A stretch of 64,000 bases of DNA, from assembly GCF_006345805.1 (NCBI RefSeq), contig NC_043001.1:38564001-38628000 (forward strand). Reading direction: 5' to 3'. A program made the position numbers and the translations under genes. The DNA comes from Octopus sinensis (taxonomy: Eukaryota). Of this stretch, positions 1 to 12,584 are shown one piece after another. The notes under the pieces were generated by a model. It did no database searches, was not told the DNA's origin, and worked only from the letters and a program-made list of their open reading frames with translations. Each line of letters starts with the position of its first letter. The first letter of the stretch is position 1.

Positions 1-476
1 TGCACAATGATTCTCATGCAGTTGGTATATGATGTATGCGGCGTTGAACAGGAAAACAAATACGAGACATGACTTCTGCTGGCAGGCAAAAACAGGCGTA
101 CGCGTCGGAGGCTATCAGCGAAATAAAACTTGATCTCTGTCGAGATCTGAACCTGACCGCGCAACTCGCCTCACCAAAGAAATAGAGAACACCACCCTTA
201 TATAGCTGACAGTGGGCTCCCAGCGAACAGGCACAAATTTCCCAGGCTCGGCTGGTCTGTCATGTGATGGGATGGAACAGGACTCAACTATCACGTGACC
301 AGGTCATGCGACCACTTGTAAAAAAAAACAACGTACAAATCGATATACGCCTACTTAAAGGTAAACATGCAAAATGTGAACATATACACTTTAGACAACA
401 CAGACTTAGATATAATTCTCTGGATAAAGACGGATGGAATGTCTTAAAGAGTTAAATAAGAATTGCAATAACTACA
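1..476 (-). mobile_element. Possible LTR (solo or partial), open at the window edge
   Basis: Minus strand starts TGTAGTTATTGC at 476. It has a TATA-like CTATATAAGGG followed by a pyrimidine-rich tract, and is richer in CpG than the flanks. No partner LTR is visible. Confidence 0.35.
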
Positions 477-755
477 CCGGCAGGAACATCAACGGACAAA
501 AAAAATGACTGGATCTAATTCACTAAGCCTATTTGAACAAAACATTTACCTAATCATTTATTTGCAAGATACCACATGAGATACACTACACCACAAGCGT
601 AGCTTTACAATATTTGATGTGCTTCAGAAACTTATCAACAAGTTATTTGCAAATAGTTAAGGTTAAAGTTGGTTTCACTTATCTAAGGGCAAACTTTTCA
701 TCTATAAAGTGGTCTTTGAAAGAACAAATTAAAAGGAAACTAATGAGTTATTATT

Positions 756-756
<1 letters not shown>

Positions 757-814
<58 letters not shown>

Positions 815-864
815 GTCTGTCTGTCTGTCTGCCTGCCTGTCTTCTCTGTCTATCTATCTGTCTG

Positions 865-929
<65 letters not shown>

Positions 930-957
930 TTGTCTGTCTGTCTGCCTGTCTTCTCTG

Positions 958-1016
<59 letters not shown>

Positions 1017-1054
1017 GTCTGTCTGTCTGTCTGTCTGTCTGTGCCTGCCTGTCT

Positions 1055-1143
<89 letters not shown>
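757..1143. repeat. Compound (TATC)n/(TGTC)n microsatellite
   Basis: Direct tetranucleotide repeats. The ORFs here (YLSI repeats) are artefacts. Confidence 0.97.
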
Positions 1144-1510
1144 TTAGGACAATGGCTTCAATTATCAATTTGTTTCTACTTGTCTCCGGAACCCTTCAAA
1201 TTCATTTTTTAACCGTCTAGAAATCTACGTTGTTCTACATAAAATATATTCAGTTGTAATTCTCATATCTATTAAATACGTTTAGGATAGACCTTTTCCA
1301 TTAAATCTTGCCATACCCAACACCGAAACAAAAAGCCAATATTTTAAATTATTTTTTTGATAATTATTTCCATTCATCTTACAGTAAAAGAGCGTCTACA
1401 AACCTCTTGAAAATTCTACTCGAGGGTACAGGTGGTACAAGGTAGGTGCTCACTCTCATTCCAGTTTCGATGTATTCAGAATATTTTTGATTGAGGAGAT
1501 TAGAATCGCT

Positions 1511-1511
1511 A

Positions 1512-1599
<88 letters not shown>

Positions 1600-1608
1600 A
1601 TCTATCTA

Positions 1609-1647
<39 letters not shown>

Positions 1648-2023
1648 GCCTGCCTGTTTGTTAATCTGTTTGCCTGTATGTCCGTCTGCCCGTCTTTCTG
1701 CTTGTCTATCTGTTTGCCTATCTGTTTGCCTATCTGTTGTCTGTCTGTCCGTCTGCCCGTCTGCCCATCTGCCCGACCCTCTGTCTGTCTGTCTGCCTGC
1801 CTGTCTTGTCTGTCTGTCTATATGAACGCCTTTTTGTCATTTCAGTCTTTTTACCCATACTAATACCAAATGTCTCCATATGTGTTTGAGTGCGTGTGAC
1901 TGTGCATGCGAGTGAGTGCATTGTGTGTATGTGTGTGCGCGTGTGTGTGAGTGCATTGTGTTTGTGAGTCTGAGTGTGAGTACATTGTGTGGGTGTGGAT
2001 GTGTGAGAGAGAGAAAGAGATAG

Positions 2024-2054
<31 letters not shown>

Positions 2055-2056
2055 TT
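1511..2056. repeat. (TATC)n/(TGTC)n, (TG)n, (GA)n and (GATA)n microsatellite cluster
   Basis: Direct simple repeats at 1511-1820 and about 1880-2056. Confidence 0.9.
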
Positions 2057-2449
2057 ATCGCTCAGCCTGCTATAAATGCTGACAAATCTCTTCCAGACTA
2101 CGTCATGTCATGCTAAATAAAGGACAATGAGGAGCTTCTATATGGTCGTTTGAGCAGCTAGAAATAGGAACTGTCAAAGCTCATTCAGATGGCACCCTTC
2201 CTTAAAAAGGACACATTAGATACTGTTGTCCAGGGGTACAATATGCCTGAAAAAGACTGGAGAGTCATGGTTAGGGTATCTTTCATTATAGGCATATTTG
2301 ATAAAAACTGACCTAAGGTTAAATAATAATACGAGTATTTTGAACAGGGTACCTCCTGATATACAAACTTTTGGGTTGGTTACCTTGAATAACAACAGCA
2401 ACAACGTGCATAATTTGTTATGGAAACTGTCTTTCCACTGAATTATATG

Positions 2450-2960
2450 CTAGACTTGCAAGTGCCGATACAGTAATGTGCCAGGTTCAGTATTCGATTC
2501 TCAGAATAGAAGATGGTAAAAAAGCCAAACTTGCTGTATTCAGTTTGGTTTTCGTATCTATTCTCACCTATGCTCATGAATGTTAGATCAAATGATTAAG
2601 ATCGTGAATGCAAGCGGCCGAAATGGGATTCCTCCGAATTGATCTCTGGAGTAACGGTACTCTGAGATCAGAGACGCTCTCCAGTCTGAGTCGCTACCTG
2701 TCCAGTACTACGAACATATGGATACTATGTCACAGGAAAAGATCGCAGACAGATTCTTCAAGCTAAGCTGACTGACGGAATAGATAGTAATAGACCACGA
2801 GAGAGATGGTTGATAATATCCTTAATCTCAGTTGGGAATCCAACAGAAATGTTTAATGACGGCTGCTTCTCATAGGACCCTGTGGAAGAGGTGCCTGAAG
2901 ACTCTTTCCTAGCAATCCTACCAGGAATAGTGATCGAAGAAGGTGAATGGTGGATGGATG
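2450..2960 (+). mobile_element. Decayed RTE-type LINE 3' fragment
   Basis: Frameshifted translation gives KLAVFSLVFVSILTYAHEC ... MQAAEMGFLR, matching the post-RT region of RTE-clade ORF2. Confidence 0.5.
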
Positions 2961-3036
2961 AATCCAGATTTTATAAAAATCCTAAACGTATAATATTTTC
3001 ATAAAATTTTTCAAGTTTAAACATGTTCATACTTAA

Positions 3037-3202
3037 CGGTATTTCGCCCGTTGCTATGTTCTGAAGTTCAAATTCCGCTGAGGCCGACTTTGCCTTTCAT
3101 CCTTTCGGGCATGATAAATTAAGTACCAGTGAAATACTGGAGTCGATGTAATCGACTAGTCCTCTCCCCCACATTTCAGGCCTTGTGCCTATAGTAGAAA
3201 GG

Positions 3203-3267
<65 letters not shown>

Positions 3268-3286
3268 CCTCATTATTATTATTATT
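3037..3286 (+). mobile_element. SINE (5'-truncated) with (ATT)n tail
   Basis: Body GTTCAAATTCCGCTGAGGCCGACTTTGCCTTTCATCCTTTCGGG...AGTACCAG recurs at 6170, 11070, 20140, 20515 and 28370. Confidence 0.8.
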
Positions 3287-3497
3287 CAGTAGTTTTATTT
3301 TTATAACGTGCTTTCACTTTACTACAGAGCGCAGCTCTGTGTGCCTTGGGTATGTGTTGTGGTTTGCTGTGATGCTCTTATGGTTACTCTGTTGAAAGTG
3401 TTTTGCATAGGATGTGTGCAGTGCCCAGTAGTGCAATTTTCTGTATGTTATATATATTTGTAAGTCCTGGTGTTTTTGTTATGTATATGTCTGAATC

Positions 3498-3500
<3 letters not shown>
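3287..3500 (-). mobile_element. R4/Dong-type REL LINE, extreme 3' fragment 1
   Basis: Encodes IQKIALLGTAHILCKTLS, the C-terminus of a restriction-like endonuclease, plus 3' UTR. Flanked by (ATT)n on both sides. Confidence 0.75.
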
Positions 3501-3570
<70 letters not shown>

Positions 3571-3571
<1 letters not shown>

Positions 3572-4810
3572 CTTCGTCACACAGTGTAGATAAAAACGCA
3601 TTGGAGTCTTTAGTCATCTGTCAAGTCACAACGAGGACCTCGGACAGATAATACTTTCCTTAAGATGTGCGTTGTGCCCAATAAGGCTGCTTTTTGCAAG
3701 ACATCAATCTTGCATGGGATTTCCTGTTGCCTTAAGAAGTTTTGGAGTTTCAATAGGATTGAGCCTAACGCCCTGATCACCACTGGTATCACTTTTACAT
3801 TACCCTCTCGCATTCCATACAATATTGCCATTTCCACTTTCAATTCGGAGTACTTGGTGATTTTTTCAACTTCTTTACTCACTACATTCATATTATTTGG
3901 TATGGCTACATCAATGATCTGACAGTATTTATCTCTCTCTTATTCAATATGACAATATCCGGCCGACGGTGTTCGATTACACGATCCATCTGAAAATCAT
4001 AGTCCCAGAATATCGTTACTTTTTCATCCTTCTGCATAACTTTACTTGGTACATGCTCACACCTGTTCTCTGTCACTTCATATTGGTATTTATGGCACAA
4101 GAGCCAATGAAAGTACAAACTTTATCGTGGTGGCGTTTGTATTCTTTTTGTGCAAGGCTCTGAAGTGTGTCATATTTTCACACTCTTTCTATCGAGTCTG
4201 CATTTCTGGGTGTCAGAAGTTTTATAGATGTTATACTTCACTGAATTGGTAGCAAGTGCCTGGTCTTGTGCAGCAATGATCAGACTTTCGGTGGTACGCT
4301 TCAAATCACCTCGCTCAAGCCATGCCCACGATGCTGTATTATCCTTAACGTCTTGTGTATTCCTTTCAAGCTGACCATGCATTCTCATTTCAAGGTCTTC
4401 TTTTCTTCTCAGCTCTTTGGTTAAACTCTGCTTTGCCATAATGTCATCTGCATTTACACCCATATCTTTCGCGGCACATTGCAGCAGGTCTTCATCACTA
4501 TTTATCAAATACTCAGCAAGCGTTCTCCTTTCACTCCTTATACAATGGTCTATACTAATTAGTCCTCTGCCACCATTCTTTCTTTTCATATATAGACTGT
4601 TTACGTTTGCTTTAGGGTGTAGCGTCCCATGCAGCGTCATCAATGTTTTCGTCCTTTTATCCAGTGTTGATATTTCCTCCTTAGTCCATTTGAGGATTGA
4701 CGCGCTATATCTGACCACCGCAACTGCCCAGATATTCATTGCGGTAATCAAATTTTTGGCTTTCAGGTTGGATTTCAACACCATCTTCACCCTTTTTTGA
4801 TATGCCTCAT
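3571..4810 (-). mobile_element. R4/Dong-type REL LINE, 5'-truncated fragment 2 (frameshifted ORF)
   Basis: ORFs 4170-4790 (NLITAMNIWAVAVVRYSA...LHPKANVNSLYMKRKNGGRGL), 3906-4118 (IFWDYDFQMDRVIEHRRPDIVI) and 3610-3891 (KITKYSELKVE...IPVVIRALG...LQKAALLGTTHILRKVL). Confidence 0.9.
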
Positions 4811-4879
4811 TGACCTTGACTTATTATCATTATTATTGTTGTTATTGTTATTATTATTATAATTATAATTATAATTATA

Positions 4880-4932
<53 letters not shown>

Positions 4933-4934
<2 letters not shown>

Positions 4935-5707
4935 TATGTTTGACTTTTGCTTTATGTCTGTACAAGTTGGCTCCAAGTCTCAGCCAGAGACCTCAAGAGA
5001 CAACAGGTTGGAAGTTCACGTTGTTGTTATGCCTAGTGTGCCATATATTTGTTTTTTTTTGGGGGGTGTTGTACTAGTGAATGTCTAATAAATAAATTTT
5101 TTAAAAAAATTTAAAAAAAGTTTGTTTTAAACCTTGGGATTACATAGAGAGTATTTTGCGTAGGATATGAGCAGTTCCCATGAGCACTATCTTTTGAATT
5201 TCTGCCATTTTGGGGTTTCCTGGTATCTGAGTTAAGTAGCAATCAGCCCCTTTCGCTATCATTCCCAGGGCACCTATGACAACAGGTATTGTTTTAGTCT
5301 TCAGGTTCCACATTTTGCTGATTTCTATTTCAAGATCTTTATATTTGCTCAGTTTTTGGTAGGTCTTGACAGATACGTTTATATCGATTGGGACAGTCAT
5401 ATCAAAGAGGAGGCATGTTCTTTGTCTGAAGTCTTTCAATATGATGTCTGGCCTATTTGCATCTATATTTCTGTCAGTTTGAATGGTGAAGTTCCAGAGG
5501 AGTGAGATGTGGTCATTTTCAAGCACTGGCGGTAGATTGTGTTCCCACCAGTTTTTTTCATGGGGCAAATCCAGGTTTTTGCAAATTACCCAGTGAATAT
5601 ATTGTGCAGCTCTATCATGCCTGTTGAGGTACTCTGTAGGCGCTTAAAGACTGCATTTGGAGACAACATGATCAATGGTTTCATTTTGTTGTCAGCATAC
5701 ACGACAT

Positions 5708-5708
<1 letters not shown>
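4933..5708 (-). mobile_element. R4/Dong-type REL LINE, 5'-truncated fragment 3
   Basis: ORF 5140-5568 is a REL endonuclease (LLWNFTIQTDRNIDANRPDIILKD...KLSKYKDLEIEI...IPVVIGALG...MGTAHILRKIL). Its 3' UTR matches 23537-23770. Confidence 0.9.
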
Positions 5709-5790
<82 letters not shown>

Positions 5791-6130
5791 ATCATTGCCT
5801 TTGCACAGCTTCTAATGCTGGAGATGTACTACAGTGTCAGCTGTTCACTACCAGTGAACTTAGGTAACACCCCTTATTCTTCGAGCACCTTCCAGAGTAT
5901 TCGAGCGGTGCTGTTTTCTGAAAGTGCTCCACCCTTATTGCAGTCCATATTTGTTCCACATACTTCTCGAGATTTTTCTCACTGTTCCCATGGCTCCGAC
6001 TATTATTGGTATTATATTAATGCTGCCTTTTTTATCGACCACAACTGCTTAACTTCTCAAGCTAACCTGTCGTATCTCTCAACTTTTCAAAGTATCTGTC
6101 GTATCTCTCAAATTCAAAGCATTGCTGAGA
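5791..6130 (-). mobile_element. R4/Dong-type REL LINE, decayed fragment 4
   Basis: Minus-strand translation EKVERYDRLA*EVKQLW...IIVGAMGTVRKNLEKYVEQI resembles the REL C-terminus. Confidence 0.6.
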
Positions 6131-6169
6131 ACTAAGCGGTGAACATATGGAGGACAAAAATAAACACTA

Positions 6170-6365
6170 ATAAAATTGATTTTAAATTTTGCCATAAGGG
6201 CAGCAATTTCGGGGGAGGGAACTAGTCTATTACATCGAACCCAGTGTTTCACTGGTACTTATCGACTCCGGACGGTTAAAAGCGAAGTCAACCTCGCCGG
6301 AATTTGAACTCATAACGTAGTGACAGGCATTTCGTCCAGCGTGCTAACGATTCTGCCAGCTCACC
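6170..6365 (-). mobile_element. SINE, same family as 3037
   Basis: Reverse complement of the 3037 body, with head GGTGAGCTGGCAGAATCGTTAGCACGCTGGACGAAATG. Confidence 0.8.
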
Positions 6366-6419
6366 AGTAACAACAACAACAATAATAATAATAATAACAA
6401 TAATAATAATCCATTCTTC

Positions 6420-8830
6420 ATTTGCCACAAGGACTCCAAAATATTGGGAGACAATACAAAAGATGGAATACAAAGACAATCGTGCATGTAAAAAATAACA
6501 AAACAATAAAATATGAACAGGGAAGATTCCCCATTAGGTGAGGGGCAACGACTTAAAACCGACCAAAGAAACCCATAGAGTCAATATTTCTTAAACATCA
6601 ACGACAAGTGCCATCTTCCAGTAGCCAATCCTCAATTTAAAGAAACATGCTGAGAGCAGGTCCATTCATGCAGGTCATGTTCAACACCATCTTGCACAAA
6701 TTTACTGGGGAACTGGGGAGGAGGGAAGCACCTCCTTCACCCTATCTTAAAGTGAAACTTTAAAAAATCGATGGCCTAAACGAAAAGTGTCTGTCATCAA
6801 TCTTTTCAGTTGCATCCTCAACACAACCATTTTCGCCAAGTAGACAGTAGACAGAGAAAATTTGCTTATCTTTTGCGGCCAAAGGATCACGGTGATTTTT
6901 ACGTTGAACTTGATTGCCAACTACATACGCCCTACGCGTGAAAAACGCTGTTCGACAATCCTCCACAAGTCAGTACCCTGAACGAATGCATGTAGCACGG
7001 ACAGGCTTGGTTAACGGCACATCCGTGCCTGTAAAGTTTATTTCGAGCCAGCAATGTACTTCTGTAGTACTGTCAGACCAGGAAATCCTAAACGTTATCC
7101 ATAGTCATCGAGCCGAAGTATTCTAGAATAGACCAATCAGTTAATTCTCGTCAACACCCAGTTTCTTTATGAGAACGTTATCGCTCTTGCCCATCTCTAA
7201 TCTTCTAAAGATTGTTAACGTGTAGCTTCCACCGAATACATTAATGAACAAGTATAGAGTTGTGAGAGGTTGAGAATATTCCAGCTATCAGGTGCTCAAT
7301 CTTCATCTGTCTTACGAGTGCAATCCTGTCAAAAAGACGAGTTATGGAAAGAGAATAACCACACCTGATCACCTACAAAAATTAAAGTAACTTCTGGAAA
7401 ATGGAATCAAAACCGACTATCTTAATGGCAGTCGCTAAATAACGTTGATATATACTATCGGAAGTTTTGTGTTGATGCGAATGGATCAGAGATCCGCAGA
7501 ATCTATCCTTTCTAAGGTGTATTGCACTATGAGGAGGATATCGTAGATAGATCTGCTTGGGATCGTGCAGGTTTGCTCTTTCACAACTGCCTTACTAAAG
7601 AGAAGTACCGATCTCTTTGCTAGCTCTTTGGTTAAAATCTTAAACTCTGCTTTCAGTAGAGATATTAACCGGAAGTTATCAATTACGTATACCTTACTTG
7701 CGTAACTTCAGTGGCGAAGCTATTACTTTCCGGTCCATATAACCGGGAATTGGCCCATTCTTGCTTTCAGTTGCAGGAGATGTCTGTCCAGAGGTCGGTG
7801 AACAACTCAGGAATATATATGTAAAGCTTATAAGACAAATCATCAAAACTAAGTGATTTGACCCCCATACAACTGCATACTACTAACTGTACCTCGCTAC
7901 TGTTATCGACTTTTCACAATATTCCTTATCCTCTGCAGGGCGTTATGGTGGGAACTAAAGTTTACTATCGTCTCCAGTTCATTGTCTTCTCTAAACAGTT
8001 GAACAAAATGCCACTGAAAAGCTGCACACACTCAAGTCGAGTAGCACGCGCGCTTCCCGGTCCGTCAGAGATCTAACTGGAGCTTTGTTTCCATGTCTGC
8101 AATGTGGAAACAATCGTACGACTTTTATTCTTTCGTGTTTAAGAACGTATGCTTCACCTCAAACAATGCAATCTTCGAGCGCTACATTCAGAAAATGGTG
8201 CGCCATCCTCATCTCTAGCACACCGGTACCGATACTTTTCGTAATCGATAATTTTAATTTCCTAACCCTGAGCCTAACCTATTTTCTTCTTTCGGCAGTT
8301 CTTTACCAAACCTTATTAATTCATCTGCAATCAATCTTTTCAAAGCGTTCCACCACAGGATGTTGACGAATACTTCTGTCAATTAGCTCTTAACTAATTC
8401 ATTTATCTAATTCATTAATCAAGTTGATTGCCTAACCTAATTCGTCACTCAGATTCCGGGAGCTTGTATCATTGTTTATGTGTCTTATCTAGGTCGAGGG
8501 TGCAGGTCACATATTTTGAGTCAGTGTACACAACTGTTAAAACTGTGAACACTCTACACAGTCCCTTCCGCTGACCTCACAAAAGCCCGTTTCAGTAACA
8601 TTCTGGATGGCCGATGCACAGTCTACACTTGCATATTCGAGAATTCCAGTCGATAACTATCAGGCGGTTAAAACTGCCCGAACAAGTTTGCGACGCTGTT
8701 ACCAACCATCTTTTAACAGTTAAATCCTATTGTGCGTCTAAAATGATATTGTCTCTCGCAAGAACAAAAGAGCGGTGTATCATCAAGAACTAACCACCGA
8801 CCATTATTATCAATTTTTGGGTCAAAGAAA
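6420..8830 (-). mobile_element. Decayed L1/Tx1-clade LINE ORF2 (APE endonuclease, RT, C-terminal Cys/His region)
   Basis: Broken minus-strand motifs: YTDSKYVTCTLDLDK (about 8500), KSLSFDDLSYKLY (about 7830), AEFKILTKELAKR...QTCTIPSRSIYD (about 7550-7640), RHGCAVNQA...TVLHAFVQ (about 6970-7030). Confidence 0.7.
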
Positions 8831-9555
8831 GGAATTCCTACCCATACTACAAATAGGTTACAATGCTGGGACACGATATTGTTGAATTACGACTTTACGG
8901 TGGAGTATATACCATCCAAGAAGTTGGGATTGCTTATCAAGGCTAATTCCAAAAAATACGGAACTATTCGAAGATACCGTGATTGCTGCGTTGCGAGCGG
9001 AAAATGAAATAAAAAACATATATAAAATTAAAGTCGGAGAATGACAAATTCATTGCTAAGATGAAAGAAACGTTGAAGGTAAAATAAAATAAAAATAGAC
9101 GTAAAATTGCGAACCATTTTTCTCTGTGTGATAATGTATTGAAGTACGCAAAAAAAGTTGTAGTGCCAGCCGCACTACATAAACGTGTACTAAGTGAAGT
9201 TCATATGGGACACCCAGGGATTTCAAGAATGAAATCAATAATGAGGAGTTACGTGTATTGACTTACTATGGACCGTGATATTGAACAGTTGGTGAAATCC
9301 TGCAGAGGTTGAGCTCTCGCAGCATAGTCATTACCGGTGAAATTCCAAACAGATAGTACGTGGTTCAGGCTACATATAGATTTTGCTGGACCGGTAAACG
9401 GCGCGTATTATCTGATCATGGCACACAACTATACCAAGTGGCCGGAGATATGTAAATGCAGTAAACCAACCTCGAAGGTGACAATAAGGTTCCTTCACGA
9501 ACTTTTTGCGCGATACGGTGTCCTGGACACTATAGTATCGGATAACGGAACACCA
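8830..9555 (+). mobile_element. Ty3/Gypsy pol fragment (RNase H end, HHCC zinc domain, integrase core start)
   Basis: GIPTHTTNRLQCWDTILLNYDFTVEY; VHMGHPGISRMKSIMRSYVY...VKSCRG; WFRLHIDFAGP...TKWPE...LFARYGVLDTIVSDNGT. Stops and frameshifts present. Confidence 0.88.
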
Positions 9556-10830
9556 AGAAGCCTCCAAACAAGCCTGGCATATAAAGCTTATAGGCAGACT
9601 ATCCAATTCAGGCAATTTTCTTGCTGCCCGTGCAACCAATCATCACTTCCTGTGTTTCCGCGGCTGTTATCGGCTTTTAGCAACACTTCGTCTCTTTTGT
9701 CAGCCGTCACGGTAAAATGTTTGGGAGTGGTATTACTGTATCTTTACTTGAAGTCACCTCCCCAATTTGTTCGTATCTCCAAGTTTTTTTTGGATTGGTA
9801 TATTTTTGTTTCTTTTTCTGCATTTGTTAGCATATGCCATTTGGTGACCTCATCATCATCTTCACCACATGACATGTCAATATGGTGTGTCTTGGGAGGT
9901 TTGGGGGTGTTCTTTTGTTGATATAGTTGCAGTTGTTTTGAGGGTCTCTGTTGTTTTTGTTGCTGCTGTCTGTGATGTGGCCTTTGATGTTGGTGTGTGT
10001 TCTGTTGTTTTAGTTGCTGTTACTTCCACATTTGTTGTTACTGCTGCTGCTGCTGTTACTGTTAAAAATGCTGCAGTCACTTTTGCTACTGCTAGTATTA
10101 CTTCTGTTTCCACGGCTGTTAGTTTTAATCTTGTTGTTATTGATGCTGTTAGTGCTGCTACTACTATTTTTGTTGTTAGTATTGTTATTTTTGTGGTGAT
10201 GGTGTCAGCAGAAGAGGTGGTCTCTCTTCTTCCCTTTATTGTAAACAGAAAGCCTTGATGGAGTTTGTGTCAACGCATAAGTAACGCCTCAGCTTTCTGC
10301 TCTCAATGGTCACATGTAATTTTGTGCTGTCTGGTAGATTTATTAAGTTCAAGAAAGTTTCGATGCTTTGGTGAACCGTTTGGATCAGTAGCTCTATCCT
10401 CTAGCCCGACCAATATTTCCCTGCAGCTTCTGGGCATGTAGAATATTAGTCTTCTCTTTTGTGTCGAAGAGGGCTACTAACCATCAGCTGTTGACTTCTG
10501 GGAGCACGTCGACTATTTTTATTTTAAAAACTCTACGGTCTAAGTAAATTGATGTGAGGACCAGTTCGTTACTCGTTAGGGTGACAATGGAGTGCGTTTT
10601 GGGCTCATATTCTATAGAGGAAGTCACCCCTACCATTCTGAATTTTATCCCCCTGGTTATGTATGCTTCGCTGAGTCAGACGTGTCGCAGCACAAATTAA
10701 AATTTTACTTTTATTTGTTATAGTTTTATATATGTGTTATGGTTGGTTTGTTGCTGGATGGATTCTGCGATGTTGAGCGCCACGTTTCATTTACGCGTTT
10801 ATTTCTGTTGCTGTTGTTGTTATTGTAGTT
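9556..10830 (-). mobile_element. L1/Tx1 5' region: ORF1 remnant with Thr/Ala-rich tail joined to a short ORF2 piece
   Basis: Minus strand LPDSTKLHVTIESRK (ORF1-like), Thr-rich ORF 9877-10113, and LDSLPYKLY-like ORF2 motif at about 9580-9610. Confidence 0.55.
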
Positions 10831-11017
10831 GTTGTTATATACACCTTTTCAGTAGTTAATGGAGGAAAACTATCTTCATGATAGCTGTTGCAAGAGCCCT
10901 TTCCCCATTCAATTTGGGAAGCCATATTGTTTTTTTACTTTAAAATTATGAAATTTAGTTATTTAAGATTCCACAATTCATCCTTGAAGGGCGAATATTT
11001 CATCATCATCATCATCA

Positions 11018-11069
<52 letters not shown>

Positions 11070-11073
<4 letters not shown>

Positions 11074-11260
11074 GCGGCGTGTTGGAAGAGTCGTTAGCAT
11101 TTCGTCCACCTTTACGTTCTGAGTTCAAATTCCACCGAGGTCGACATTACTTTTCATCCTTTCGGGGTCGATATAATAAGTACAAGTTGAACACTCGGGT
11201 CGATGTTATCGACTTGATATTGCTGGCCTTGTACCAAAATTTGAAGCCATTATTATTATT

Positions 11261-11308
<48 letters not shown>

Positions 11309-11345
11309 ATTATTGTTATTATTATTCTTATTTTTATTATTATTA
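11070..11345 (+). mobile_element. SINE (3037 family) with (ATT)/(GTT)n tail
   Basis: GTTCTGAGTTCAAATTCCACCGAGGTCGAC...CATCCTTTCGGGGTCGAT body. Confidence 0.8.
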
Positions 11346-11352
11346 TTGATGT

Positions 11353-11469
11353 TATATGAGCAGTTATATTAACCAATGGAAAAACGACAATAATATTTCT
11401 TTGGCAATACGACATTACGTCATATTGCCAGCTACCACCAATTGGCGCGTTATTTTAAAATGGCTACTT
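11353..11469. repeat. 117-bp direct repeat, copy 1 (identical to 12585-12701)
   Basis: TATATGAGCAGTT...AAAATGGCTACTT read as identical in both places. Confidence 0.92.
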
Positions 11470-11816
11470 ACTACATTCAGCTCTTGGCCAGAAAAATTGT
11501 TAACATTTTGAGAAAAAGAAATTCGTAATACATATATATTTCAAAACAACATTTGAATTAATAGTTATAACACATCAATATATACAATGCATTTATAAAT
11601 TACATGTTAAACAAATGAAATTAGCCTTTCAATACGGCTTTACAATTATAATGTTTATATACAGTTCATTTCAGTTGACTGGAAAAAAAATTTTTATATA
11701 TATATATATATATATATATGATCCAGGAATATAAAAAAAATATTTTGAAAATCCTCAAACAAACTGAGAAAGTTTTTTGGGAAAATGTACAATTCTGCCA
11801 CTTCTAGTCTTTTTCA

Positions 11817-11858
11817 CAGATCAGAAGGCTGCGTGTTCGGATCACGTCGGGGTCACCA
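11817..11858 (+). pseudogene. trnW: 3' half of tRNA-Trp(CCA) including a CCA end (retro-integrated fragment)
   Basis: CAGATCAGAAGGCTGCGTGTTCGGATCACGTCGGGGTCA+CCA matches the conserved metazoan tRNA-Trp from the anticodon to the 3' end. There is one change (TTCGGATC vs TTCGAATC). The 5' half is absent. Confidence 0.85.
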
Positions 11859-12584
11859 ATTTTCCTATAAGCGGTTTTAAGCAACCATGAGCTTTCACTT
11901 AGGTTATATTTATATCGTATATTCTCTAATTAGTTTTGTTACAGTAATGTAATGCTATTTATTGTGTTTCCTATTTGGAAATAGATTATTTTATCTGGCT
12001 TTTAAAGTAAGGGTGTATATAATGATTAAAACGTCACTTATAACTTAAGTGTTATCATTATACGCAAATCCGAATTACAGTATATAACGCCATAGAGAAA
12101 TATACTTTATGGAACGCTAACAAATATTAGCGTCATGTATGTATAATATTATCTTCGTGTTCATTTAACCGCTATAAGAAAATACAATTTAATGATTACA
12201 GAAATGCATAATACACAGTTGAAGAACGTGAAGAGAAAACATTTTCTTAATTAGTTTTATTATATAAATATAACATTTTGTATTATGTACATGTGAAAGA
12301 AAAGATAATTTTCGCCGTGTAGAAGTACGACTATATATTTCACTAACTAATTCATAAATCTAACTAATAAATGAATCACAACAATTCAAATAAAACTTGT
12401 TGGATTTTCCTTGGACATGGTATGAAAATCACCAATGTCTCAAAGGAGTGAGTATCGTGGTGTTCAGTTACATCCAACAAACACTAAAGTTTTTCCAAAA
12501 ATCCAGGGTTTTTATAACTGCTCAACTTGACTTAAAAGAATCGAAATCACGCACATATATTCTTTAAGTAACTTTTATAATCTC

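Noticed and set aside
614-1921. Protein-coding ORFs with YLSI/VCLS repeats (and similar poly-I, poly-Y, CVCV, MHAC ORFs elsewhere)
   Set aside because: They are stop-free translations of microsatellites.
9869-10258. Val/Ala-rich membrane protein or mucin-like exon
   Set aside because: It is the antisense of a Thr-rich segment embedded in L1/Tx1 ORF1 remnants and repeated at about 12920.
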